NCBI GenBank assembly: GCA_963815195.1
Contig: CAWFGE010000013.1
Location: 448,001-512,000 of the forward strand
Source of the DNA: an uncultured Planctomycetaceae bacterium
GTDB taxonomy: Bacteria > Planctomycetota > Planctomycetia > Planctomycetales > Planctomycetaceae
DNA length: 64,000 nt
Direction: 5' to 3'
Part shown: piece after piece, positions 23,283-33,685 of the stretch
Layout: the number at the start of each line of letters is the position of its first letter
Numbering within the stretch: position 1 is the stretch's first letter
Translations under genes and position numbers: made by a program
Notes under the pieces: generated by a model
What the model saw: the letters and a program-made list of their open reading frames with translations, nothing else
Database searches by the model: none
What the model was told of the DNA's origin: nothing

Positions 23283-23317
23283 GAAAGTCGCCCTTCGGGG
23301 AGCGAAGGGCGACTTTC
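23283..23317. repeat. Perfect hairpin / REP-like palindrome
   Basis: GAAAGTCGCCCTTCG-gggag-CGAAGGGCGACTTTC. Confidence 0.6.
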
Positions 23318-23338
23318 GTTCCCTTTCCAAAGGTTTCC

Positions 23339-25339
23339 ATGATGTTACTCAGTTCCCGGTGGATGTTGCTGATTGTCGGCGGTGTGGGGGGGGCGATTTG
23401 GCCTGGCGTGGTTTTGGCTCAAGCCCCGCCGGCCGAGGTCGCGAAAGAGTTGCGTGCCGAGCTGGAAAAGCTGCAACAGCAGGTCGCCGAGGAAACCAAG
23501 CGGCGGGAAGCGGAGGCCAAGAAAACGGGGCGGCGGATCGATCGGCAATCGCTCGCCGATGCCGCGGTATTCCCGAAGGCCGTCGAGTGGATCCTCCGGC
23601 ACGAGGAATTCTATAAGCCCAATTACATCGACCAGACCCGCCAGGTTTTGAAGTGGGGCCGGGAACGAGCCGGCCAGCTGGCCCAGGGAAAATCGCCCTG
23701 GCAAAACCGCGCAGGCTCGACGGTGTATGGCTACTTCTCCAAGGTCGATGGCTCCGTGCAGCCTTATGCGATCACATTGCCCGCCGGCGTCGATCCGCAA
23801 GCGGGCCAGCGCTGGCCGCTGTACGTCAAACTCCACGGCCGGGCGGCGACGATGAATGAAGTCAACTTCATCACCCGCTACGAAAACAAACCCACTCCCG
23901 CGGAGCAGACGTGGATTCAATTGGACGTGTTCGGCCGCACCAACAACGCCTTCCGTTTCGCGGGCGAGACGGACGTCTTCGAAGCCATCGCCGACGTGGA
24001 ACGCCGCTTCCGCATCGACGACAAGCGGATCACGCTGTGGGGCTTTTCGATGGGCGGAGCCGGGGCCTGGCATTTGGGTCTGCATCATCCGTCGAAGTGG
24101 GCTTCGGTCGGCGCGGGCGCGGGCTTTGTCGATTTCTACAAATATCAGAAGCGCTCGGAAAAACTTCCGCCTTATCAGGACAAAACCTTGACGATTTACG
24201 ATGCGGAAGATTATGCCCTGAACGCGGCCGATGTGCCGATCATCACCTACGGCGGCGAACTGGATGCGCAGCTCGTCGCGAGCACGAACATGGTCGAAGC
24301 CGCCAAGAAGTTGGACGTCGAGATTCCGCTCCTCATCGGCAAAGGCATGGGCCATAAATTCAGCCCCGAAGGCTACAAGAACTTCATGGCCTTCCATGCC
24401 GAGCACTCCAAAACCGGCCGGCCGAGTTATCCGGGGCGGAAGAAAATCCGCTTCATCACCTACACGCTGAAGTACCCCCATTGCGAATGGCTGACGATTC
24501 AGGAAATGAACTTTATGTATCAGCCCGCGACCGTGGAAGGCGAAGTGACGAACGAACGCGTGCTCAAACTTGCCACGAAAAACGTCGCGGTGCTGGCCAT
24601 CGCCCGGGACACGGCTCAGGACATCGAACTCGACGGCCGGCGTTTGCCTTTGCAATCCGCGGCCGACGCTTTGTTGCCGGACGTGTATTACGAGCGCGGC
24701 GAGAAAGGCTGGATCGTGCTCGATTACAACGAATCCCGCCGATACATGGCGAACCCCAACCACAGCAAACGCCACAATCTCCAAGGGCCGATCGACGATG
24801 CGTTTATGCTGCCGTTCGTTTGCGTGGAAGGCACCGGCAGGCCCTGGTCCGCCGAGCAAACCGCCTGGGCGAATTGGACGCTCGAACGCTTCGATCGCGA
24901 GTTCGACAAATGGATGCGCGGCAAAATCCCGGTCATCAAAGACACCGAACTCACTGAGGACATGATTCAAGACAAAAACCTGATCCTGTTCGGCGATCCC
25001 GGCTCCAACAAAGTGCTCGCCAAGGTCCTGGACAAGCTGCCCGTCGAATGGACGAAGGATTCGCTCAAAGCCGGCGGGAAAACTTGGGACGCAAAGAGGC
25101 ACGGCTTATCGATGATCTATCCCAACCCGCTCAATCCGCAAAGGTATATCGTGATCAACAGCGGGCACACCTTCCACGAGAAGGATTTCAAAGCCTCGAA
25201 CGCCTGGCTGTTTCCCCGCTTGGGCGACATCGCCGTCCAGCGGTTTGAAAAGAACGCCAAGAATGGCTACGACGAGACGGTCGAATGGGCGGCAATTTTT
25301 CACTCCGGTTGGCTTCTCCCGCCGGCTGAGGCAAAATGA
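23339..25339 (+). CDS. Secreted alpha/beta hydrolase (S9 peptidase/esterase-like)
   Basis: Signal peptide; PLYVKLHG; WGFSMGGAG (GxSxG); GELD; GMGH. Confidence 0.8.
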   Translation: MMLLSSRWMLLIVGGVGGAIWPGVVLAQAPPAEVAKELRAELEKLQQQVAEETKRREAEAKKTGRRIDRQSLADAAVFPKAVEWILRHEEFYKPNYIDQTRQVLKWGRERAGQLAQGKSPWQNRAGSTVYGYFSKVDGSVQPYAITLPAGVDPQAGQRWPLYVKLHGRAATMNEVNFITRYENKPTPAEQTWIQLDVFGRTNNAFRFAGETDVFEAIADVERRFRIDDKRITLWGFSMGGAGAWHLGLHHPSKWASVGAGAGFVDFYKYQKRSEKLPPYQDKTLTIYDAEDYALNAADVPIITYGGELDAQLVASTNMVEAAKKLDVEIPLLIGKGMGHKFSPEGYKNFMAFHAEHSKTGRPSYPGRKKIRFITYTLKYPHCEWLTIQEMNFMYQPATVEGEVTNERVLKLATKNVAVLAIARDTAQDIELDGRRLPLQSAADALLPDVYYERGEKGWIVLDYNESRRYMANPNHSKRHNLQGPIDDAFMLPFVCVEGTGRPWSAEQTAWANWTLERFDREFDKWMRGKIPVIKDTELTEDMIQDKNLILFGDPGSNKVLAKVLDKLPVEWTKDSLKAGGKTWDAKRHGLSMIYPNPLNPQRYIVINSGHTFHEKDFKASNAWLFPRLGDIAVQRFEKNAKNGYDETVEWAAIFHSGWLLPPAEAK

Positions 25340-25376
25340 AGGCCAGGGGCTTTCTCCGGATGCGGGACACTCAGGC

Positions 25377-25712
25377 ATGACCTCTTACAAAACCAACAAC
25401 CTGCATGTTTACGAGGCGGGCAAACTCACGGTCGTCGGCTTCGGCCGCCGCGATGTGCTGGATCATGTCAACGTGCCCCAGTGCCGGGATGAACTGGCCC
25501 AGATGATCCGCGACCACGAGGTGGAAGTCCTCGCCTTCGATTTGACCGGCGTGAAACTCATCCCCAGCGGCATGCTGGGGCTTTTGGCGTCGCTTCACAA
25601 GCTGGGCGTCAAGGTGATGGTGTTCAATCCCAGCGAGGACATCCGCGAAATCCTGGAGATCACTCGCCTCAACCAGTTCCTCGAAGTCCACGAGGCCCGC
25701 ATCGGGGATTGA
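25377..25712 (+). CDS. STAS-domain anti-sigma antagonist
   Basis: LAFDLTGVKLIPSGMLGLL...NPSEDIREILEITRLN. Confidence 0.8.
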   Translation: MTSYKTNNLHVYEAGKLTVVGFGRRDVLDHVNVPQCRDELAQMIRDHEVEVLAFDLTGVKLIPSGMLGLLASLHKLGVKVMVFNPSEDIREILEITRLNQFLEVHEARIGD

Positions 25713-25831
25713 AGGTTTTGTCCCCCTTGGGGGAGAGGGGGACACGAGTGGCTTCAGCCGCTACTGCTTTTCTCCTCAAACGGTAACGCGGATGGGGGTG
25801 GCTGGGGCGCACTGAAATTCATCAAGCGAAA

Positions 25832-26158
25832 AACGCGTTTCGAAAGCTGGGGCCGTGGGAGTTATTTCTCTCGCGTTCATCGCCCCAGTACTTCGCTTGC
25901 CTCACTTTATTCATAAAGGAATCTGCGCCCCAGCCACCCAAACGCGTTTCGAAAGCTGGGGCCGTGGGAGTTATTTCTCTCGCGTTCATCGCCCCAGTAA
26001 TTCGCTTGCCTCACTTTATTCAAAAAGGAATCTGCGCCCCAGCCACCCAACCGCGTTTCGAAAGCTGGGGCCGTGGGAGTTATTTCTCTCGCGTTCATCG
26101 CCCCAGTACTTCGCTTGCCTCACTTTATTCAAAAAGGAATCTGCGCCCCAGCCACCCA
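25832..26158. repeat. 3 x 109-bp tandem repeat
   Basis: Units start at 25832, 25941, 26050 and are near-identical; an inverted copy of the unit end lies at ~25795-25811 and a REP-A follows at 26161. Confidence 0.9.
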
Positions 26159-26280
26159 AACGCAGGGCGCTAGCCCCGGTTTTCGCGGGCGACGTGGACG
26201 TCAGCGCGTTCCGCCCGGTCTCGACCAAGGGAGGATCTCTGAAAATCCAGACCGGCGGCTAGCGCGTTGCCGCTCGCTTC

Positions 26281-27138
26281 TCAAGCGAACGCCTTGTGGA
26301 ACGGCGTGATGGCCCTGGCATCCTGGCTGTGATCGAGCACCGCGAAGACCACCCGGTCGAACGCGTCGCGGAAGGTTTCGTTTTCCACGAAATGGTATCG
26401 GAACCAGCCGGCGACGTCGGCGGGATCGTTCTGGAACACGCCGCAGCCCCACGCCCCCAGGACCAGCGTGGTGTGCCCGCAGACCACGGCGACCGACAAC
26501 AGCTTCTCCATCCGCCGAAGCATCGTTTCCTGGATCCGCGGGATGTTTTCGGGTTCGTTCTGGCGGACGGCCCCGGCATTGACCGCGGGAGCGGTCAACA
26601 GGGACACGAGCCAAGGCGTTTCCAACAGCCGGTCTTCATCATCCCGAAACACCGGCACCCGCGGGGAATGGATCAGGTGGTCGGTATACAGGCTGGATCG
26701 GTAGCGGGCGTTGGTGTCGTACATGGTCCGCATCGGCGAGATGCAGGCGTAAAGTCCCGACGCCCGGGCGAGGCTTTCCTCCTGGGCCTGGCTGCCGTTC
26801 AAAAACCCGCCGCCTGGATTCTTGGCCGACGCAAAGTTCAGGCACAGCACATCGCCGCATTTTTCGTGTTCCACCAGATGCCGGGCGGCGGCGAAGGTGG
26901 TGGCGTCGACGACCTCGAACCGGGTCGGCTTGGGGCAAGGCGAACCGGCGAGCCGTTCGTCGCGGCGGGCGAAGACCTGGGGAAACTGCTGCGGAGCGAA
27001 AAGCTGCGACCCATCGACCGCCTCGCTTAACGCCTCCGCAATCTCCACCGTTTGGCCTCGGGGAGATTGATAATGGCCGCGCTTTAGAATCTCAAGCGTG
27101 TCGCGCGCAATCGCCGCGCGCCCCTGTCGACTTGGCAT
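26281..27138 (-). CDS. TIGR02452 family microbial poly(ADP-ribose) glycohydrolase
   Basis: LNFASAKNPGGGFLNGSQAQEESLAR (GGG-x-QEE), SPRVPVFRD, LVLGAWGCGVFQNDP. Confidence 0.9.
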   Translation of the reverse strand: MPSRQGRAAIARDTLEILKRGHYQSPRGQTVEIAEALSEAVDGSQLFAPQQFPQVFARRDERLAGSPCPKPTRFEVVDATTFAAARHLVEHEKCGDVLCLNFASAKNPGGGFLNGSQAQEESLARASGLYACISPMRTMYDTNARYRSSLYTDHLIHSPRVPVFRDDEDRLLETPWLVSLLTAPAVNAGAVRQNEPENIPRIQETMLRRMEKLLSVAVVCGHTTLVLGAWGCGVFQNDPADVAGWFRYHFVENETFRDAFDRVVFAVLDHSQDARAITPFHKAFA

Positions 27139-27612
27139 GGAACGCAGACTTTAATCGAGAGAGGTGATTCGAGCGGTCTGAGGCGTGCACTTCAAACCGC
27201 ATAGGTTGATCGAACAATTGAATTAGCCGCAGGGCGCGAGCCCCGGTTGACAGACGGATTGTCTCAACGGGAAGTTCCCGCAGAACCGGCGGAAATTCAA
27301 TTTTTTTACGAAACGGCCCGGCGGTTTTTTCAGTCGGCGATCCGATTCGCCGCGCCGGTTGCATGGCCCGTCCCGGAACAACCCGTTCAATTTGCATGGG
27401 CCTTCAGGCCGCTGAGGGTGGCGGGAACCGTTTCGCCTAATCATTTGGAGCGATGCGCACCATGCCGCCGGAAACCCGGACCGCCCCGCGAACGGACTGA
27501 AATCATTGAAATCTTTCGGCCCGCTTCCCGATGTAGAAGCCTGCGGCGAAGATCTGCCGACTTTGCGAAACGTCCACTTTGCGCCCAGACAACCGAATCG
27601 GAGACTCCACAC

Positions 27613-28107
27613 TTGAGCCACTCTCACATCCCGGTGAAACATCTGTTGAAACAGCTGGAAGTTTATCGCTCCACCCGTCGCAACCGCGACATTCGCCCCG
27701 ATTGGCTGACCCATCTGATCGGCCGGCTTTCGGATTTGTTCGACCCCGAAGACGACGTGGCCCGCGTGGGGTTCGAGTGCGGGTGGACGGAAGACGCCTG
27801 GGAAGTCGTGTTGTTTCTGGGCAGCACGGAAATCGTGGGCGGCCCCAACGACGGCAAGAGCCGGCTGGCGAATTTCCGGTTGGATCTCCTCACGCTCATG
27901 GGCAATTTCACCGAGGTCGACCACGTCGAATGGCTGGCCCGGCCGCAATCCGAAATCGGCCATGAACCGTCCCGCGGGGCGTCGTGTCTTCAAATCGTCG
28001 GGCGCATCGACGCGGAACCGTTGCGGCTGATGATTTTCGCCGCTCCGCCCGCGGACGTCGGGCCCGGCATCCGCAAACACCAAAACGGCCACTGCGAACC
28101 GGCGTGA
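27613..28107 (+). CDS. Hypothetical protein
   Basis: 3' part of ORF 27247-28107 has protein-like composition (ARVGFEC...LGSTEIVGGPNDG); start uncertain. Confidence 0.6.
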   Translation: MSHSHIPVKHLLKQLEVYRSTRRNRDIRPDWLTHLIGRLSDLFDPEDDVARVGFECGWTEDAWEVVLFLGSTEIVGGPNDGKSRLANFRLDLLTLMGNFTEVDHVEWLARPQSEIGHEPSRGASCLQIVGRIDAEPLRLMIFAAPPADVGPGIRKHQNGHCEPA

Positions 28108-28116
28108 GCGTGCGCC

Positions 28117-28272
28117 AAAGAGCCGCGCACGAAGTCAGCGGACCCGAAATGAACAGCCCGCATCCGCTTACTTCGTGCGCGGCTCTTTTCGGCATTGCCC
28201 GCATCCGCTTACTTCGTGCGCGGCTCTTTTCGGCATTGCATCCGCTTACTTCGTGCGCGGCTCTTTTCGGCA
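28117..28272. repeat. REP cluster (family D)
   Basis: AGAGCCGCGCACGAAGTCAGCGGA followed by three inverted copies TCCGCTTACTTCGTGCGCGGCTCT, between convergent genes. Confidence 0.85.
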
Positions 28273-28275
28273 CTG

Positions 28276-29055
28276 TTATCGGCGGATGGGGCTCGTGAGC
28301 AGGTTGATCAGCCAGGCGAGAATCAGCGTGACAATCAGAATCGAAAGCGTGAACGCGAACACGCCCACCAGATAGGGCACCAGGGCGTTTGCGAGGCTCT
28401 TCACCAGAGAGCCCGCCACGTACAGAATCAGAAACACCACGCCCGCCGCCGCGACGAATTTCAAAATGTGCCGCCAGAAATGGCGGTACGAGTTGGCAAA
28501 GTCCTGCTTGCTGGGAGCCAGCGCGATCGCGAGGGAAATCGTCAAATACAGGTATCCCCAAAACGTCCACTCGCCCGCGTGGTCCATCACGTGGCCCGGC
28601 AGGCGGCCGATGACATAGCTGATGCCCGAGAGGATGCTCGTGAGATTGCTGAGCGGCGCGGCTTCGAATTCCACCGTTTCCGAAGGGCCGCTCCGAAAGC
28701 CCAACGGATCATCCGCCGCCCACGTCAAAAGCGCCATCACGCCCAGGCAGCCGAACACCGGGGCGAACGAAATCAGCGGATCGCCCAGCAAAGGCAGCTT
28801 GGAAGGCCCGTGCGTCACATAGCCCCCATAGACGGTGTGCCCTTTGACCTCTTGCTTCTCGAAGAGCTTGAGTTCCACGACCTTGGCTCCGGTGAGTTTG
28901 CACATTACGTAATGCGACAACTCGTGCACGAGCACGCCGGGGAAAATCATCAGCCGGAATAGATATCCCGAGGTGGCGGAGGTCATCAGCCGGGTGATGA
29001 GGTTGCTCAATAAAATGACCAACCCCAGCCAAACGGCACAAGCCAAGACAATCAT
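28276..29055 (-). CDS. Membrane metalloprotease, M50-like
   Basis: FPGVLVHELSH (HExxH), GYVTH, ISFAP, APSKQD; multiple TM helices. Confidence 0.75.
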   Translation of the reverse strand: MIVLACAVWLGLVILLSNLITRLMTSATSGYLFRLMIFPGVLVHELSHYVMCKLTGAKVVELKLFEKQEVKGHTVYGGYVTHGPSKLPLLGDPLISFAPVFGCLGVMALLTWAADDPLGFRSGPSETVEFEAAPLSNLTSILSGISYVIGRLPGHVMDHAGEWTFWGYLYLTISLAIALAPSKQDFANSYRHFWRHILKFVAAAGVVFLILYVAGSLVKSLANALVPYLVGVFAFTLSILIVTLILAWLINLLTSPIRR

Positions 29056-29225
29056 GGGCGAGCGGATGGGAAAGACGAAGGGAACATTCGGGTTCGGTTT
29101 TTATCATACCGTCTCCGGCGCGGAAACTCGAACGCAATCGGTTCCGCGGAATTCGGCATGGTGGACAAGGGCCGCCGCCGGGTATCATACTCAAATGTGT
29201 GTTTCACGACAGTCGGTTGGAGCCC

Positions 29226-29306
29226 GGGTGGCACGTCCCTGAGCGCAGCGAAGGGCGTGGCAATGCGCAGCGGCCATGCCCTTCGTTCCTCAGGGACGTG
29301 CCACCC
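29226..29306. repeat. REP-like palindrome (family C)
   Basis: GGGTGGCACGTCCCTGAG...CTCAGGGACGTGCCACCC. Confidence 0.8.
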
Positions 29307-29373
29307 ATGCCACCCCATCCGAATCTCCCACTCGGTCTGTGAGTTTTGTTTTTGATTTCCCGGCACGATCTTT

Positions 29374-30516
29374 ATGCAGAATCTTGTCCGCCGCGAAGTG
29401 GTGGAAACCGCGCACACTTTTGTCGTCAAAATCGGCACGAACGTCCTGTCCCGGCCGGACGGTTCGCTGGACGTGGATCGGCTCACGAGTCTGGCCGAGC
29501 AGATTCACCGCGTCCACACGACCGGCCGGCGGGTGGCGATCGTTTCCAGCGGAGCCGTGGGGGCGGGCATGAGTCTGCTCTCGCTCACCGAGCGCCCGCG
29601 CGACCTGCCGCACTTGCAAGCCGCCGCCGCGACCGGGCAGGCGCATCTCATTCGGCTGTATGACGACTGCCTTCGCCGGCACGGATACCACGCCGCCCAG
29701 ATGTTATTGACCGGGAACGACTTCAAGACCCGCGCCCGCTACCTCAACGTCCGCAACACGCTGCACACGTTGTTTGAATACGGAGCGGTGCCCATCATCA
29801 ATGAAAACGACACCGTGAGCGTGGCGGAAATCAAGTTCGGCGACAACGATCACCTGGCGGCGATGGTGGCGAACCTGATGTCCGATCCGCTGCTCATCAT
29901 CTTGTCGGTCGTGGACGGGCTTTACGACGGCGACCCGAACCAGCCGGAGACTCGGCCGATTTCTCTCGTCGAGCGGTGGGACGATTCGCTTTTCGATCTC
30001 GCCGGCTCCGCGCGGAGCTCGCGGGGGACGGGCGGGATGCAATCGAAGCTCTCGGCCGTGCGGATGGCGACCGCCGTCGGCGAGAACGTGATCATCGCCA
30101 ACGGCACGGCTCCCCATGTGCTCGAACGGATTTTGGCGGGAGAAGATGTCGGCACGCTGTTTTTGGCGGAAGGCAAAACCGTGCCGGCTTGGAAACGCTG
30201 GATCGGCTACACCGTCCCGCCCAAGGGCCGATTGCTTTTGGATGAAGGGGCTTGCCGGGCCATTGCCGAGCGCGGGCGGTCGCTGTTGGCGATTGGGATC
30301 GCTCGCGTCGAGGGCGATTTTTCGAAGGGCGAACTCGTGTCCCTCGCCGATGCGTCCGGCCGGGAACTTGCCCGCGGCCTGACCAATTACTCCGCTCACG
30401 AACTCGTCCAGATCTGCGGCAAGCACACGGAGGAAATCGCGACGATCCTCGGCAGCCTGCCCTACGCCGAAGCCGTGCACCGCGACAACCTGGTCCTGCT
30501 CCCCGGCACGGCATAA
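29374..30516 (+). CDS. proB: Glutamate 5-kinase with PUA domain
   Basis: [62 protein letters not shown]. Confidence 0.95.
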   Translation: MQNLVRREVVETAHTFVVKIGTNVLSRPDGSLDVDRLTSLAEQIHRVHTTGRRVAIVSSGAVGAGMSLLSLTERPRDLPHLQAAAATGQAHLIRLYDDCLRRHGYHAAQMLLTGNDFKTRARYLNVRNTLHTLFEYGAVPIINENDTVSVAEIKFGDNDHLAAMVANLMSDPLLIILSVVDGLYDGDPNQPETRPISLVERWDDSLFDLAGSARSSRGTGGMQSKLSAVRMATAVGENVIIANGTAPHVLERILAGEDVGTLFLAEGKTVPAWKRWIGYTVPPKGRLLLDEGACRAIAERGRSLLAIGIARVEGDFSKGELVSLADASGRELARGLTNYSAHELVQICGKHTEEIATILGSLPYAEAVHRDNLVLLPGTA

Positions 30517-30539
30517 CGGCATCGCCGCAGCGAGAAATG

Positions 30540-30688
30540 AAAGAGCCGCGCACGAAGTAAGCGGATCTTTGGCAGCGTCCGCTTACTTCGTGCGCGGCTC
30601 TTCAGGATCTTTGGCAGCGTCCGCTTACTTCGTGCGCGGCTCTTCAGGATCTTGGGCAGCGTCCGCTTACTTCGTGCGCGGCTCTTCA
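30540..30688. repeat. REP cluster (family D)
   Basis: One forward and three inverted copies with ~42-bp period. Confidence 0.85.
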
Positions 30689-30868
30689 GGCAATTTGATT
30701 CCGCCTTTAACAGTGCTGCGGATGTTGCAGGTTTTCGGAATCGCGCCGGCGACCGGGGCGGATTTTTGAAACGCGGCCGAATTTTTGCCGCCTGTTTCTC
30801 CGCGGCGACGTAGGGTTTCATGACGGTTGCGTCAAATTGCCCCTTTCCTCGCCCGCGTGAGATGGATC

Positions 30869-31039
30869 ATGCTGGACAACGCCCTTGCCACTTTTCGCCA
30901 GTACATGTCGTTCTACGGCAAGTTCATTTCCGACCAATGGCACGCCATGGGGCCCACGGGTTATGGAATCTTATTGATCTCCATCGGCGTTTTCGGTTGG
31001 CTGTTGATGAAGAGCGGCATCAAAGGCCCGGGAAGTTAA
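30869..31039 (+). CDS. Small membrane protein (56 aa)
   Basis: MLDNALATFRQY...GYGILLISIGVFGWLLMKSG; one TM helix, GC3-rich codons. Confidence 0.6.
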   Translation: MLDNALATFRQYMSFYGKFISDQWHAMGPTGYGILLISIGVFGWLLMKSGIKGPGS

Positions 31040-31236
31040 ACGATTAGCCGCAGGGCGCTAGCCCCGGTTCATTGCTGACTGGGAAACCCGCATCCATCAG
31101 CCCCCGGGCGCTCGCCCCGGCACCGGTGAGATTTTCGAGATTTTTCTGGAGCGATCGCCTCAAGCCGACCCGCCGGGCGAGTCGATGATATTTTCGCTGA
31201 GATGGGGAGGCGAAGAACAGTCCAAACCAACTATCA

Positions 31237-31388
31237 GAACCAAGCAAGCCTCGTTGTGGCGATTCCCGTCGGAGGTGCCAAACACATTTTATTGGTCGGC
31301 TTCCAATCACGGGACGTGCTTGAGCACGCCCGGAAGCCCGCCATTCTTAAAGCGACTCCACCGTCGCGACCCCAATGAGGTTTGATTC
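31237..31388 (+). ncRNA. ssrS: 6S RNA-like rod-shaped RNA
   Basis: Nested pairings AAGCCTCGTTG/CAATGAGGTTT, GCGAT/GTCGC, GGAG/CTCC, A/U-rich central bubble, GGCTTCC/GGAAGCC, apical CGTGCT/AGCACG; G-U wobbles favour + strand; terminator follows. Confidence 0.6.
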
Positions 31389-31392
31389 GACC

Positions 31393-31429
31393 GCCGCGGC
31401 CGGGGAGCATCCCCGGCCGCGGCATTTTT
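31393..31429 (+). terminator. Intrinsic terminator
   Basis: 14-bp stem GCCGCGGCCGGGGA-gca-TCCCCGGCCGCGGC then ATTTTT. Confidence 0.8.
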
Positions 31430-31552
31430 ATGGGAGGATGCCGATTTTGGGACTGCGATTATCCGCGCCTCGCAAATTTGATAATCTGGAACGCGGGCGC
31501 CTTCGTTTTATGATCGGCTGGTCCCTGGCCGCAGTCCGAGAGATCCGCACTT

Positions 31553-32176
31553 ATGCCCACTTCGGTTTGGTCGCGACTGATCTTCTTTCTCACAGTCTTG
31601 GGAGCCGTCTGCACGGTGGCCTCGTGGTTCGGACCGGCGGGCCGGCTGATCCTGTTGGTGCTGATGGGCATGTTCGCACTTCAGGCGGCACCGGTGTACG
31701 CGGTTTATGTCCTTTCGCGGACCCATCATCGCCGGCGGGTTTTGGAATCCATCGCGGCTGCCGGCGGACGCATCACCGCCCGTCTCGGCAGCGATCCCCG
31801 GCAGATTCTGGAACTGGATCTCTCTGGGACCGATCTCGCGGAGTTGCCTTGGGAATCGTTTCACGCCCTTCCCGAAGTGGAGTCGCTCAATTTCGCCGGC
31901 ACCGACCTGACGGACGACAACCTCGACCACCTGGGCCGGCTGTCATCGCTCCGGCGGCTGTGTCTCGACGGAACGGCGGTCAGCGATGCCGCGGTCGCGG
32001 AGCTGCGGTCGTTTCCCCACCTCAGGAGTCTCTCGCTCAGCGACACCTCGCTCACCGAGGAGGGGCTCACGCGGTTGCATCAAACCTTTCCACGGGTCCA
32101 AGTCAGGGCGCGGCATTTGGATTATGAGGACCCGTTCCCTTCTTGGCAGGATGTGCCCTATGACACGGTCTTTTGA
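31553..32176 (+). CDS. Membrane-anchored leucine-rich repeat protein
   Basis: Two N-terminal TM helices; LDLSGTDL, LNFAGTDLTD, LCLDGTAVSD, LSLSDTSLTE. Confidence 0.8.
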   Translation: MPTSVWSRLIFFLTVLGAVCTVASWFGPAGRLILLVLMGMFALQAAPVYAVYVLSRTHHRRRVLESIAAAGGRITARLGSDPRQILELDLSGTDLAELPWESFHALPEVESLNFAGTDLTDDNLDHLGRLSSLRRLCLDGTAVSDAAVAELRSFPHLRSLSLSDTSLTEEGLTRLHQTFPRVQVRARHLDYEDPFPSWQDVPYDTVF

Positions 32177-32994
32177 TCGGCCCACGATTTTGATGTGCCC
32201 GCCGGACTTTTACGGGATCGAATACGAGATCAACCCCTGGATGAGCCGCAGCCGGCAAAGCGACGCGGCGACTTCGCAACAGCAATGGCAGGATTTGCAC
32301 AATTTGCTTTCGTCGTTGGGGGCGGCGATTCGCTTGCTGACGCCGGTCAAGGGCTTGCCGGATTTCGTGTTCACGGCCAACGCGGGTTTGGTCTGGCGGG
32401 AGAAAGTGTTTCTCGCGCGGTTTCGGCACGCGGCCCGGCAGGGAGAGACGGTGCTCGATGAGGAATGGTTCCAAAGCCAGGGGTTCGAGACAATCACCGT
32501 TCCCGACGCGTGGAATTTCGAGGGGGCCGGCGATGCGCTGTTCTGCGGGGACACGTTGTTCGCGGGGTATCTCATCCGCAGCGACGCCCAGGCGATGCAA
32601 TGGCTTGCGGGGGAAATGGGCTGCCGGGTCATTCCGCTGCAACTGGTCGACAACTATTACTATCACCTCGACACCTGCTTCTGCCCGCTCGCGGAGGACT
32701 TGGCGCTTTATTATCCGCCGGCATTCGACGGCTACGGCCGCACGGCGCATCTGCGAGCACATTCCCAATTTGATTTCCGTCGAAACGGAAGAGGCCCGGC
32801 GGTTCGCGTGCAACGCGGTCGTGGTGGGCCGGCATGTCGTTTTGAACACAGGCTGCCCCCGCTTGGAAGCCGACCTGAAAGAGCACGGCTTCGAGCCGCA
32901 CGCGACGGAGTTGGGCGAGTTCATCAAAGCCGGGGGCAGCGCAAAATGCCTGACGCTCAGGCTCGACGGCGAAGACGCGGCCGTTTGGCCGTAG
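32160..32994 (+). CDS. Amidinotransferase / DDAH-like pentein (frameshift ~32745)
   Basis: LMCPPDFYGIEYEINPWM, LPDFVFTANAG, FEGAGD, YHLDTCF, FACNAV, EFIKAGGSAKCLTL. Confidence 0.9.
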
Positions 32995-33175
32995 CGCGAG
33001 GGGTCGCCGATGCCGGCGCGAAAAGTCTTTCAGAATTCGGAATAGCGCTTGACACGGCAATCGCCACGGGGGATTATCATTTTACATTCATCGAATGTGT
33101 TTCAACCGGCGGTCTGCATTGCGGTTACACATTTTGTTGCGTTTCCCTCTCTGGTTTGTGCCCAAGGAATAAAAC

Positions 33176-33532
33176 ATGTCAACTGGCTATCGGCGATTGG
33201 ACATCGAGGAAGTGGGCGATGTCACCGTTGCCAAATTCATCGACAAAAAGATTCTCGATGAAACCAACATTCAAATCATCGGCAACCAATTGTTCGGCCT
33301 CGTCGATGAGGACGGCCGCGACAAAATCGTGCTGGATTTCTCCAACGTGGAATATCTCTCGAGCGCCGCCTTGGGCAAATTGATTACGCTGGACAAAAAA
33401 GTCAAAGCCGCCAAAGGCAAACTGCGGTTGTGTTCCATCCGCCCCGACATTTACGAAGTCTTCGCGATCACCAAGCTCAACCAGCTTTTCGCGATCGATA
33501 AAGACCAGGAAACATCGCTGGCGGCGTTTTAG
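33176..33532 (+). CDS. STAS anti-anti-sigma factor (SpoIIAA/RsbV-like)
   Basis: IVLDFSNVEYLSSAALGKLI...IYEVFAITKLN. Confidence 0.9.
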   Translation: MSTGYRRLDIEEVGDVTVAKFIDKKILDETNIQIIGNQLFGLVDEDGRDKIVLDFSNVEYLSSAALGKLITLDKKVKAAKGKLRLCSIRPDIYEVFAITKLNQLFAIDKDQETSLAAF

Positions 33533-33685
33533 TCCGCGTCCCCGCGGCCACTGGATGGAACCTGCCTCGGTCCGTGTCCGTAAACATCCCCGCATCCTCT
33601 GTTTGCCTTCCCAACGGTCACTCTCGCATTTTTGACCCCAGTCGCGTGTGTCAGCCAACCGTTCCATTGAACATCTTGTGGATTC

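Noticed and set aside
25832..26158. Short repeated ORFs or CRISPR in the 109-bp array
   Set aside because: Whole units repeat with no spacer variation; the ORFs are by-products of the repeat
28117..30688. Possible CRISPR arrays at 28162-28272 and 30557-30688
   Set aside because: Inter-repeat sequences are short and near-identical, and an inverted copy is present, which is typical of REP clusters
33049..33080. TTGACA...TATCAT promoter for the STAS gene
   Set aside because: Spacing is 20 bp and the 17-bp alternative GATTAT is weak, so it is not called
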